From: the human T2T-CHM13v2.0 reference genome, Homo sapiens
Assembly (NCBI RefSeq): GCF_009914755.1
Contig: NC_060945.1
Length of the DNA: 64,000 bases
Direction: 5' to 3' (one strand)
A program made the translations under genes and the position numbers. Positions 30,461 to 43,372 of the stretch are shown in pieces; the stretch's first letter is position 1; each line of letters begins with the position of its first letter. The notes under the pieces were generated by a model, which was given only the letters and a program-made list of their open reading frames with translations, searched no databases and was not told where the DNA came from.

Positions 30461-30679
30461 GGACTAACGGGAGTCTTCTAATAAACATTCATGGGCTAGC
30501 TCATCCACGAGATTGTAGGCTTCTCAAGCAAATTTAACTTAGATGAATGTTATAGAAGTACTTTAAATAGAAAAGTGAAGTGATCATCTGATAAAAATTG
30601 ATTTGAAATGGCAGAGTATTAACAGGTAAGAATATGAGGCTATTTTACTCATCAGAGCAAGAAAGAACAGGGCTAATAG

Positions 30680-30895
30680 CTGATAGCTAACGTACATATG
30701 ACACTGTTCTAAATAAATTCATATAATATGTTATTAATATTCATAAAAATGCTATGATGTAGGTAATACATTTATCTCTATTACCCCATATTATATGATA
30801 AAAATGGACCACAGAAAGGTTTAGTACATTCTCTAAAGTCATGCGACTGGTAAGTGGTGAAGCCAGGACTTGAGCCAGTAGTGTGGCTTCGGAGT
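30680..30895 (-). mobile_element. MIR SINE
   Basis: 'ttaccccatattatatgat...cacagaaaggtttagtaca...aagtcatgcgactggtaagtggtgaagccaggacttga'. Confidence 0.7.
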
Positions 30896-30926
30896 TCTTT
30901 CTCTTTCTCTCTATAGCCATGATGTA

Positions 30927-31362
30927 CAGTTGACCCTTGAACAATTTGGGGGTCAGGGGCATTGATGCTCTGCCAGTCAAAATCCACGTATCATTTTTGA
31001 CTCAGCCAAATTTAACTACTAATAGCTTACTGCTGATCAGAAGATTTACTGATAATATAAACAGTCATGTAATGCATAGTTTGTATGTTGTATGTGCTAT
31101 ATACTGTATTTTTATAATAAAGCAAGCTAGAGAAAAAAGTTATTAAGACAATCATACAGAAGAGAAAATTTATTTACTCTTCATTAAGTAAAAGTGGATC
31201 ATCATAAAGGTCTTCATCTTTGTCATCTTCACAGTATGTAGGCTGATGAGGAGGAGGAAAAGGAGGGATAGGTCTTGCCGTCTCAGGGTGGCAGAGGCAG
31301 AAGAAAATCCATACATACGTAGACCCACACAGTTCAAACCTGTGTTGTTCAAGAGTCTACTG
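30927..31362. mobile_element. Tigger2a-like non-autonomous DNA transposon (436 bp)
   Basis: TIRs cagttgacccttgaacaa ... ttgttcaagagtctactg; TA on the left flank, TG (mutated TA) on the right. Confidence 0.88.
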
Positions 31363-31688
31363 TGTATCTGGTGATTGCTAAGACAGTAGGAACAGCAAGA
31401 CAGTTATGTGAGCAGAATAATATTATATTAATGAGGGGAAGTTAATAGGCATTTTAAATGTGATTATTGTATTTGGACAAAAGTTTGATGTACCTATGGA
31501 ATCCAAGAGGAAGTCTCTTGTAGCTAGCTGAAAGTGCAGCTCTGAGCCTATGAGAAATCTATGAAGGCGCTAAAGAGCTGGAAGCCAGAGGACATTAATG
31601 ATAGCTGGAGCCATGGCTAGTGATATGATGATTCATGGAGACTGGGTGGAAGGAAAGAGAAATGATAAGGTCAAGAATAGAATCTGGG

Positions 31689-31852
31689 TTGTCATGATGG
31701 TATTATGTGCCTGTAGTGACAGCTACTAGGGAGGCTGAGGAAGAAGGATCACTTGAGCCCAGATGTTCAGGACCAACCTGGGCAACATAGCAAGACCCCA
31801 TCTCTAAAAAATTAATTAATTAATTAATTAATTTTATTAAAGGTAAAATAAA
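31689..31852 (+). mobile_element. FLAM (Alu monomer) with (AATT)n tail, within an L2 relic
   Basis: Left-monomer sequence; TSD aagaatagaa(t/a)ctggg at 31673-31688 and 31853-31868. Confidence 0.82.
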
Positions 31853-33412
31853 AAGAATAGAAACTGGGTAGGGTGCCTGCACTTAAACATTCTCTATGCC
31901 GAAAATAATGACACAGAAACAAATGAAAATATCCACAGGTTTTAGTAATAATAGAAATAGCTAAATTCATATGCTTATTTTATATATACATAAGATTATA
32001 AGATGTAAGTTACTCAAAATCTATGCCTTGTATCTTGAAGCATCAAATTATTTTTTTCAATTAATAGAAATAAACCTATAAATACTCATGCTTATTTCAA
32101 TCAGTGACTCCTATAACCCATATTTCAGAAGAATTTTCTGAAGTGTTAGTAAACTTCTAAATGTCTTCAATTTCATGGTTTGTTAACTTTTAGAGACATC
32201 AATATTTTTGAATAAGTAAAAGCATTAGAATGATTAATTACATGGTTTAGCTAAAATTCAAATGAAATATGTACCTTTTCTCTCACTAACTCAAATTTGT
32301 TTCAAAAGAATTGTGAGTTTTGAAGGAAAAACACCGAAGAGTCAGAGTTTTATGATAATGAACAAAAACTAAGATTAAAACATATATAACAAATAATTTT
32401 ATTAAAAATTTTCCTTGTTTGTATTAATTATAACATAAAATTATATAAAGTAAAATGTTTTTCCATAAATAGTGTCTGAAAAAAATGTCTTTTATTATGC
32501 CATTTTTTCACAAATATTTACATCTTGTAATAAACTTTGTAGTTAGGTGCTTCAAAGAAAAAGTATTTCTAATTTCTTTTGTCCATACTACTCCTAAAAA
32601 GAAATCAGTACTGCATCAGTATTCAGAAACCAAAATTCAAACTTTCTGTAAGTTCTGTCTCCCTTCAATGGACTGTTAAAATAATGATGACTTTTTTCCT
32701 CCTTGCTATTTCAGTTTTCATTATTGTTAATATAAATGATGAATGTGGCACAACCATAATTGAATTATCCCAGTTTATCACCCCTATTTGTCTTAAAAAC
32801 TATTTTCCTTATATGTTTCAGTTTACAAGATGTTTGGTCATTTATTTAAAAAACTCTCTAGCATTTATCTGAGGAAAAAAAACACTCAATGGCCTAAGTT
32901 GATATAAAATTAATTTATAACTGTGCTCTGATTTATTGGTTATTAGTTTTATTTCTGTGAAGAAATAAGTTTAAAAGTACATCAGATAGATGTACATCAG
33001 ATACAAAGAAAGAAAGCTTTTACTTTAATTCTATATCCTGAGGGACTTGAAATGCCTAAATGACTAAGAATATGATTGATAATCCAAATGTTTCTTTTTA
33101 TTAAAAAAAAGATAAATATTTTCACATACTGCTTATGGACTTGAAAGGTTAAAAATGTTCCAAGTTTGTTTCCCCTTAAGATATATGGATGTAACTACTT
33201 CTTTCTAGCTGTCCAAAATCATTGATATCTGGGTTATGAACCTAGAATGTCTACATATAGATTATCATTTTAAACTACTCTTTCTTTTTCTTTTAGAGGT
33301 TTTAATTCAATCCAGAAATGGAATTTATCTCAGGCCCCTTTCCATTTGTTTCACAATATTATCTGAATGACAATTATTTTATATCATTACGTCATACCTT
33401 ATAATTCATTTT

Positions 33413-33702
33413 GGCCGGGTGCGGTGGCTAACGCCTGTAATCCCACCACTTTGGGAGGCCAAAGCAGGTGGATCACGAGGTTAGGATATTGAGACCATCC
33501 TGGCCAACATGGGGAAACCCCGTCTCTACTAAAAGACAAAAAAATTAGCCGGGCGTGGTGGCGCGTGCCTGTAGTCCCAGTTACTCAGGAGGCTGAGACA
33601 GGGGAATCGCTTGAACCCAGGCAGCGAAGGTTGGAGAGCTGAGATCGCGCCGCTGCACTCCAGACTGGTGACAGAGCAAGACTCTGTCTCAAAAAAAAAA
33701 AA
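33413..33702 (+). mobile_element. AluSc-like
   Basis: Full dimer with 'gagaccatcctggccaacatgg' and A tail. Confidence 0.92.
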
Positions 33703-33876
33703 TCATTTCACATGACATTAATGCATACATTGCATTTGATAACTAATTGAAGGCAGTGCCATTTTAATAGTATGCTATATAAAACTATTCATACTCTCCA
33801 GGAGATATTTTTGATATGATATCATGAAAGAGAAATCTGCTTCATTGTCTTTCTTACAATTGTCATCAATCGTAAG

Positions 33877-34011
33877 GTTTGTTGAATTGTTTTGGCCAAA
33901 ATGCTGTATGAACAATGTAGCCCAAGCTGAAGTTGTCTCAGGTGGAGATGAAGAACTTATTGGGAACTGGAGCACAGGTCACTCTTGCTATGCTTTAGCA
34001 AAGAGACTTAT
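33877..34011 (+). repeat. 135-bp ectopic copy of the neighbouring THE1 internal sequence 35254-35388
   Basis: 130/135 identical, no indels. Confidence 0.95.
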
Positions 34012-34676
34012 CACTTTAACTAAAAGTGATAGCACTATCCATTTCAAAGACAAATTTTATTACATCATGAAAGTAAAATAAAAAATTAATTGTGCCTTAT
34101 GAAAATGGAGTCAAAGTATTTTTCCCTATTTCTACTTCTAAGACCAACTAAAAATCCTGGCTATTACATGTCAAACAAACAGAATCCTGTAAAAGATTTA
34201 AAAAAAAAAACAGAAAAAGTAAAAAAATACAAGTAATGACACAGAAGTAAGATCTCTGGATTTTATTTTGCCATGTATATCTCATAATTGGTGTGGGTAA
34301 ACTGGACTGGTAACCCACCCAGCATGGCCAAGGGGTTCAGAACAAAAACAGAAAGCTTCAAGAAAAATTGATCTGTTTAGCCAAAAGGCCAAGAAAGGGA
34401 CATCCTAGCAAGTCAGAACATTTTCATACAATAATCACTCTACCTACCCATGCACCACAATGTTTGAGGGAGGAAGTAGCCCCTATTCCCAATGCACCAG
34501 TGAATACCTACTGGGTAACCAAACCTTACACCCTTACCAGGCAGAAATTAGGCACCCCCACCTGTCCTTTTGGGATGGTGACATAACAGGTTGAATAGGA
34601 AGTCACAACTTAGCAGTGTCAGAACAGTCTATGTGGTAAGCCTGGACTTCTACTCCTTCCTTGCAGTAAAAGTCAG

Positions 34677-37106
34677 TGATATGGTTTGCCAAATCACATT
34701 TTAATCTCAGTGATTAACATTCACTCAATGCCAAAATGTCATCTTCCATTGTAATCCCCACAATACCCAGGTGTCAATGGTGGGATCAGGTGGAGGTAAT
34801 TGGATCATGGGGGTGGTTTCCCCTGGTGCTGTATTTGTGATAATGAGTGATTCTTATGAGATCTGATGGTTTTATAAGAATCTGGCATTTCACCTGCAAG
34901 CACTCACTCTGTTCTGCTGCCCTGTGAAGAAGGTGCCTGCTTCTCCTTTGCCTTCTGCCTTGATTGTAAGATTCCTGAGGCTTCCCCAGCAATGTGGAAC
35001 TGTGAGTCAATTAAACTTCTTTCCTTTATAAATTACCCAGTCTTGGGAATTTCTTCATAGACATGTGAAAATGGACTAATACAACAAATTGGCACCACAT
35101 GCTTTATAGTGGCACCAGAGAGTGGGATGCCACTGTAAAGATACCCAAAAATGTGGAAGTGACTTTGGAACTGGGTAACAGGCAGGGATTGGAACAGTTT
35201 GGAGGGCTCAGAAGAAGATAGGAAAATGTAGGAAAGTTTGGAACTTCATACATGTTTGTTGAATTGTTTTGGTCAAAATGCTGTATGAACAATGTAGCCC
35301 AGGCTGAAGTTGTCTTAGATGGAGATGAAGAACTTATTGGGAACTGGAGCAAAGGTCACTCTTGCTATGCTTTAGCAAAGAGACTTATGGCATTTTGCCC
35401 CTGCCCTCGAGATCTATGGAACTTTGAACTTGAGAGAAATGATTTAGGGTATCTGAAATGATTTAGGGTATCTGAGGGAAGAAATTTCTAAGTGGCAAAG
35501 CATTTAAGAAATGATCTGAGTGCTCTTAAAAGCATTCAGTTCCATGAATTCTCAAAAAAGATGGTTTGGAATTGGAACTTAGGTTTAAAGGAGAAGCAGA
35601 GCATGCAAGTTTGGAAAATTTGCAGGCTGATAATGAAATAGAAAAGAAAAATCCATTTTCTGGGGATAAATTCAAGCCAGCTGAATGAATTTGCATATAT
35701 AATAAGGAGGCAAATGTTAATCGCTGAGATAATAGGAAAAATGTCTCCAGGACATGACAGAGACTTTTGTGGCAGCACCTCCCATTACAGGCTTGAAGGC
35801 CTAGGAGAAAAAAAATTGGTTTTGTGGACTAAGCCCAGGTCCTTGCTGCTTTATGTAGTCTTGGGACTTGGTGCTCTGCATCCCAGCCATGGCCAAAAGG
35901 GATCAACTTACAGTTCAGGCTGTTGTTTCAGAGGGTGCAAGCCCCAAGCCTTGGACACTCACACAAGGTATTGAGCCTTTGGGTGCACAGAAGTCAAGAA
36001 CTGAGATTTGGGAACATCTGCCTACGTTTCAGAGAATGCATGGAAATGCCTAGATGTCCAGGCAGAAGTTTGCTGAGGGTTGGGGCCCTCATGGAGAACA
36101 TCTGCTAGGGCAGTGAGGAAGGGATATGTGGGATTGGAGCCCCAACACAGAGTCCCCATTGGGTCACTGCCTAGTGGAGCTTTGAGAAGATGGCCACTGT
36201 CCTCCAAACCACAGGATGGTAGATCCACCAACAGCTTGCATCATGCACTTGGAAAAGCCACAGACACTCAATACCAGCCCACAAAAGCAGCTGGGAGGGG
36301 GGCCATACCCTGCAAAGCCACAGGAGCAGAGCTGCCCAAGACCATAGGAACACTCCTGTTGCATCAGCATGACCTGGATGTGAGACACTGAGTCAAAGGA
36401 GATCATTTTGGAACTTTAGTGTTTAATGGTTGCCCTATTGGATTTTGGACTTGCATGAGGCCTGCAGCTCCTTTGTTTTGGCCAGTATTTCCCAATTGGA
36501 ACAGGCATGTTTACCCAATGCCTGCACCCCCATTGTATCTAGGAAGTAACCTAACTTGCTTTTGGTTTTACAGGCTCATAAGTGGAAGGGACTTGCCTTG
36601 TCTCAGATGAAACTTTGGACTTGGATTTTTGGGTTAATGCTAGAATGAGTTAAGACATTGTTAGACTGTTTGGAAGGCATGATTGTGTTTTGAAATGTGA
36701 GGACATGAGATTTGGGAGGGGTTGGGGTGGCATGATATGGTTTGGCTGTGTCCTCACCCAAAATGTCATCTTGAGTTGTAAGTCCCATAATCCCCACATG
36801 TCAAGGGTGGGACCAGGTGGTGGTAATTGGATCATGGGAATGGTTCCCTACATGTTTTTTTCATGATAGTGAGTCTCAGGACATCTGAAGTTTTTATGAG
36901 TGTCTGGCATTTCCCCTGCTTGCACTCCCTTCATCCTGCCACACTGTGAAGAAGGTTCCTACTTCTTTTTTTGACTTCCACCATAATTGTAAGTTTCCCG
37001 AGGCCTCATCAGCCATGTGTAACTGTGAATCAATTAAAATTCTTTCTTTTGTAAATTACTCAGTCTTGGGTATTCCTTCATAGCAGTGTGAGAACAGACT
37101 AATATA
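34677..37106 (+). mobile_element. Complete THE1 (THE1D-like) MaLR provirus: 5' LTR 34677-35083, internal 35084-36732, 3' LTR 36733-37106
   Basis: Two homologous tgatatgg...ctaata(c/t)a LTRs; polypurine tract before the 3' LTR; TSD gtcag / ggcag; 19-bp tandem duplication at 35436-35473. Confidence 0.92.
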
Positions 37107-37277
37107 GGCAGCATACACTGTTCTGGTACCAAAGTGGTATCAGAGAAGGCCAGCTAAAATAGTGTGTTTAAATAAGGTCCACAGTACTTAAAATATCCAG
37201 ATTTTATTCAAAAAGTCATTAATCATACCAGAACCAGGAATATCTTAAGTGAGAAAGAAAACAAAATGACAGAGGTG

Positions 37278-38077
37278 TGTTGACAAAAAGATACTAATTC
37301 TGTAAAATATTTGAAGAGATTTATTCTGAGCCAAATAGGAGTGACCATGGCCCGTGACACAGACTTAGGAGGTCCTGAGAACATATGCCCAAGGTGGTTG
37401 GGGTGCAGCTTGGTTTTATAAATTTTAGGGAGGCTTGAGACATCAATCAAATAAATTTAAGAAATACATTGGTTTGGTCCAGAAAGGCAGGACAAGTCAA
37501 AGAGGGGGCTTCCAGACTGTAGGTAAATTTAAACATTTTCTCGTTGACCATCAGCTGAGTTTGTCCATACACCTGTGGTCATAGAAAGGAAATGTTCAGG
37601 TTAAGATAAAGGATTGTGAAGACCAAGGTTTTTTTGAAGTCTTATAGTGCTTCCCTTAGTGACAATAGATGGTAAATGTTTCCTCCCTTAGTGACAATAG
37701 ATGACAAATGTTTCCTACTCAGATTCTTAGAAGTTACTAGGCTTTTATTTAATCTCTTTAAGATTAGGAGGGCCCGAAGAAAAATATCTAGCTATGTTAA
37801 TAGGGATTATTTTCAAATGAAAATTCGCCCCCCCCAACAAAGGACAACTTTGCATGGCCATTTCAAGATATGGCAAAGGAACATGTTTTAGGGTAAAATA
37901 TTTTGACTTTCTTATTTGTCACATAATGTTATGCCAGAGTCAGATTAGAAATTAAGTCATAATATGCAGGGTTAAATAAAACCCATCTGATGAGAATTAA
38001 TGGTTTTTAGGGCATGACACCCCGGACCTCTTACATAGGAATTTGGGAAAGAAAAAAATATCAGAGCTTAGTGCTCA
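37278..38077 (-). mobile_element. MER4D/E-like ERV1 solo LTR (800 bp)
   Basis: TG...CA ends; 4-bp TSD ggtg at 37274-37277 and 38078-38081; begins 'tgagcactaagctctga' on -; 32-bp internal tandem duplication at 37652-37715. Confidence 0.85.
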
Positions 38078-38134
38078 GGTGTTAGAATCATCTGACAAAG
38101 ATTTTAAAGCAGTAACAAAAAATGATTTAAATAG

Positions 38135-38502
38135 TGTATCAGTCCATTTTCATACTGCTATGAAAAATTACCCGAGACTTGGTAATTTATAAAGGAAAGA
38201 GGTTTAATGGACTCACAGTTTCACATTGCTGGGGAGGCCTCATAATCATGGTGGAAGGTGAAGGAGGAGCAAAGTCATGTCTTACATGGCACCAGGCAAG
38301 AGAAAATTGCAGGGAAACTGCCCTGTATAAAACCATCAGATCTCCTGAGACTTATTCACTATAATTAGATCAGCATGGGAAAAACTTACCCCCATGATTC
38401 AGATTCAATTATCTCCCACCAGGTCCTTCCCATGAAAAGGGGGGATTATGGGAGCTACAATTAAAGATGAGATCTGGGTGGGGACACAGCGAAACCATAT
38501 CA
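38135..38502 (-). mobile_element. THE1 solo LTR
   Basis: tgtatcagtcc...aaaccatatca; TSD aatag / aagag. Confidence 0.9.
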
Positions 38503-38576
38503 AAGAGCAATTATATACATAATTAAAACAAATGAAAACATACAAAGTCTCAGCAAAGAAATAGAAGATATAATAG

Positions 38577-38935
<359 letters not shown>

Positions 38936-41339
38936 TCAACTAAAAAGTAAAATAGACATATCCACAACTACAGTTGGAGATTTCAATATCCCTTTCTCAA
39001 CATTTGAGTAAATGAGACAAAAAATTGGAAGGCTGTAGAAAAACTCAATAGTATCATTAAGAAACAGGATCTGATAGATATTTATCAAACCTTCAACACA
39101 AAACAACAGAATACATATTCTTTCTAAATGCCTGTAAATATGTACCAACATAGACCATATTCTGAGCAACTAAACCATTCTATGCTCAAACAAAAAGATC
39201 CAACAAAATTGTTAAACCATTTAAAAGAATTATAGAGTGTTATAGAGTAAAAGTATAGAGTGTTATATGACCACTGGAATCAAAATAGAAACCAATCACA
39301 GAAAGAAAACAGGAAAATATCTAAACCCTTGGAGATTAAAAAAATATATACTTCTAAATAATCCATGGGTCAGAGAGGAATGCCTCAAGGGAAATTTTTA
39401 AAAAATTGAACTGAATTAAAAAATAAAAGTACAACATAGGAAATTTACATGATGCAGCTAAAGCAGTACTAATATGTACATGTATAGCACTAAATGTTAT
39501 GTTAGAAATGTCATCAGCCCACATCAGGAGTGCTTTTCAGGATACCTAGCCAGCTTCCTGGAAACAAAGTCTTCACTATTAGCTTTTTTATAAGTTCACT
39601 TTGTTGTTATACTTTTTCTTTTTCACAGTATGAAATTACTTTCTTTTCTTATATTTCCATTCACATTATTTTTTAAATTTATTTTTTGGTTAACTGAAAC
39701 TTTAAAAAACTTATCTGGTACAAATTCAAATTTAAACTTTTTGTGGATAGATATTTAGGATAGTAAAAATAGAGCCTGGTGGTGAATAGAAATCCCTCCA
39801 GAGCAGCCTAATGCAGGATAGCTGGCACACTTACACCTTCCTGTGACTATGTTGATGGCCTCTACTGATCCATGGCACTGTTTGTGTTCTAAGTGGCTAC
39901 ACACTAAAGATATTCCCAACTGGGAAGTCTGCCCTGATTAATGTCCTTCACACATAAGGTACAGATGGCATGGCACTTCTTGCCTTAATTAATTTATTAG
40001 GGACGCCATATGGGAAAAACAGCTTTCCTTTCAACTGGAATTACTTGGGGAAATAAAACGACAACCCATTGCCGTGGGACTACATTAAATTATCAAACTA
40101 GCTGAAGATAAAAGAAATCAATGAATTGCTTGGACAGAAGCTGTGTGCACTGGCATCTTTCCATTACTCCTATTTTTGAAAACCAGATAGAATGCAGTTT
40201 TTCAGGTGATGCAACATTTTAAATGCAGAACTGTTTATTAGAGTTGACATCAAGTAAAAATATTCAAGACTGAGTTAATAAGACTGTTCAGCTGACCATT
40301 AGGATGCCATTGTTTAAAATTTTGTGTAATAACAATGTGTTGGAATGACACTGGGGCAAAAGCGTGGGTACACAATTAAGTTTTAAATCTGTGCATTTAT
40401 TAATGTTTTGCTCTAAATGTTACATTCGTGCACTAGGAGAAATATACAATCTGTGCAATTGCTTAGGGAGCAAATAATCATCATTTCTTATGTAGGTGTA
40501 AGTAACTATGGGTATTAGACTTTTCCTCAAACCTGTGTTTTTCAATCTCGAGTAATTATACAAGGAAGATGCTCAATAAGTATTTGAAGAGTTAAATAAT
40601 CTTCCAATTAGTTTTAAATTTGGTGGCAAATTTTCATTGCCATTTCATAGTTCACTAAAGGATCATGGGGTTCCTTTTAATGCACTCTACAAGATATTAT
40701 CTGACTACTGCTCTAAGAGAGTTAGCAGCTTAACTTGCATGTTAATATTCATAGCAACAAGTCCTTTACACTATTTTTGTTTTACAGTGAATTAAAACAT
40801 CAGAAAATCTAGGCCATTTCCTGAATAAGTTATACAGGCACAAAGATATATATTTGCTGGAAAGCATTTATATTTATTTTTCTTTTCTCTTATACAAACT
40901 ATCAGGTACAAGAGCATTATATTTAGAGGTGCAGAATACACAGTAAAATATCTTAATTTTTAAAATTGCATTATCTAACTTTCTACACTAATATTAAAAC
41001 GCTAAAATCTGTTGTTTGGGTATCTTTTTAGGAAGATAAATCTATGAGGATGTCTATGCAATGCCAACAAATCATATTTCACTGCATAACTGAACATATG
41101 GAGATTAGGAACCTCATAAATTGAATTTTAAATGAACTGACCTTATTGGATCCTTGACAAAAGGGAAAAAGAATGTACCAACAAGAATGGAAATATATTA
41201 ATGGATTAGATTTATCACGAGTATCAAATAAAATAAAATATACTCTGTTAGATAAAAAATATGATAATATACAGTAATTCATATTCTACTGGTTAGTTTA
41301 CCATTGACCTCTTCCCTCTCATACTTCCCATTATAAAAA

Positions 41340-41816
41340 TAGTGTGCAGTTATTCAAGAGGTGTTGTTCAGTGTCAGGCACTGTGCTAGGTACTGGATAT
41401 CGTAAGTATGATGAAGAAAAAAGACAAAGGTGCTGTTCTAAAGGCACTTGCTGTAAAATGGAACTGCCAGCAAATAAGACATTAAAATCAGGTGCAACCA
41501 TCATAGTGATAGCCAATATATAGAAACTATGGGAACAAAGGAATAACATTTAACTTCTGCTGCCAAAGAGAAATTGTATTAGGCAGAGACTTGATGGAAG
41601 CGTAATCACATGAAGAAAAGGCAGTGTTCAAGGCAGAAGAAACAGCATAAACAAAAGCCTAAAGGGAAAATAGAGCTGTGGATACTTCTGGAACTGCAAA
41701 TAGATTTACATGACAGGGAAATCCCCAGGCTAAGGATGATAAGATGAGATAGAAATAATCTGCAGGTGGATGAGACGATAAAAGGCTATTTGAACCATAT
41801 ATAATTGTATTGTGTA

Positions 41817-41850
<34 letters not shown>

Positions 41851-43240
41851 ATTTACTTTAGATCTGCACTCAATGCATTTAGTATTTTGCCCCGTGGTGA
41901 TATTCATTATTACTTACTAAAAGATGAATTAAAACTGAATAATATTGCCAACACATTAGGCAAGTATTGTAAAATTGGACTACTTTTGCCAACCATGTAT
42001 GAAATAGGCCACAAGCATTCACAATACAAAGTTGCAGATTTTCTAAATGTTTTATAATAAATCACCAAAGAGGCACTCGGGGTGGCCATTTACAAATATT
42101 AAGAACAAAATGGTTTTATAGGCAAACATGAACAATGAAGAATGAATTCAAAATTAGAAACCAGAAATTTCACCATCTGCTAGTCTGGAACTACTGGTCA
42201 GTTCTGGAACTGCTTAGTCTGAAACTGACCTTGGCAAATATTTAAGCTTTCTTCCACTGACTCCATTTCTAATGTAGAGAAGCAGATAATTGGAGGCATA
42301 AAGTTATCATGCACAGAAAGACTTGTAACTATCTTCTGCTATTTCAAGGACCACTACATAAGACCCTATAGTGATTTTAAATTGTTTCCTTTATAAATAA
42401 GAATGAAGATCTGAGGGTCTCAGAATAGATAATTTCATTGCATGAACTTTTTTCTGCATCTAAAGAATCTCTTAGAAAAGTATTGGGAAGAAAGGATTTG
42501 AAGAGAATACTGTTCATTTTTTTTTCCCATAACAAATTAATCTCCATTAGATGGTGAGGTTAGTTAGGAAGTTATTCAATAGTCCAGGCAAGACGTGATG
42601 CATGAGGGTGGTGACTGTGAGGATTGAGATAGACATAATTAACAGGCGGAATCAATCAGGTGTAGCAGCCAAATGGATTTAAGGATAAGAAAAAAGAAAC
42701 ACTTCAGGTTGACGCTGGGATATTAACTCTGGTAACGGGTGATGCTTTGATTGGAGTTAGGGAACGTGAGAGAAGGATTAATGAATTTTGCAGCAAAGTT
42801 ACTTCATTTATTCAATCCAATACAGCTGGCTTTTAGGTGTCTGCAGAATAGATCACTGAATATGTCCAATAGGAAGCTGGAAAACTGACTATAGAGAAAT
42901 AAGATGGAGGGGAGAAAGTGAAGGAAATAATTGTACACTTTTTTTCAAGTATTTTGAAGATACAATTGGGCAAAAAATGATACGGCCATGGCTGTAAGAT
43001 GTATATCCAAGGTAGGTTATATTTGTAAGTATGTGAGAACCATAAACATATTTCAGTATAGATGGAAAGAAAACAGTATGAAGCGGACAATTCAGGAAAA
43101 GTAATCGAATTGTATTATGAGATCTTTTGCAAAGGTAAAAGGCAATGCTGCCCAGGAGGCACCTGTGGAACTTGGCTTCTGACAGAAGGAGAGAATTCTT
43201 CTCATTGTTACAAGAAATAAAAAAGCAGTATCAGAAGGGT
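41340..43240. mobile_element. L2 LINE relics (fragmented)
   Basis: 'gtgtcaggcactgtgctaggtactggatat', 'aatagtccaggcaagacgtgatg', 'atgtccaataggaagctgg'; boundaries approximate. Confidence 0.55.
41811..41848. repeat. (TG)n microsatellite
   Basis: Seen directly. Confidence 0.95.
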
Positions 43241-43372
43241 GTATATTAGGTCCAGTTTAGATCCGCATTAAAAAAACAAGGGATTTTTATTTGATGGCAG
43301 TAATTTTCTCTGTGACTAGAAGGCAAGACTGAAGGTGTGCTGGTAGGATGGCGTCTTAAGAAGCAATTACTT

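Noticed and set aside
35084-36732. Several ORFs in the MaLR internal region
   Set aside because: Fragments of the decayed THE1 internal sequence broken by stops and frameshifts.
39510-40560. Repeat-free stretch that might be an exon or conserved element
   Set aside because: No ORF, splice pair or recognisable homology; conservation data would be needed.
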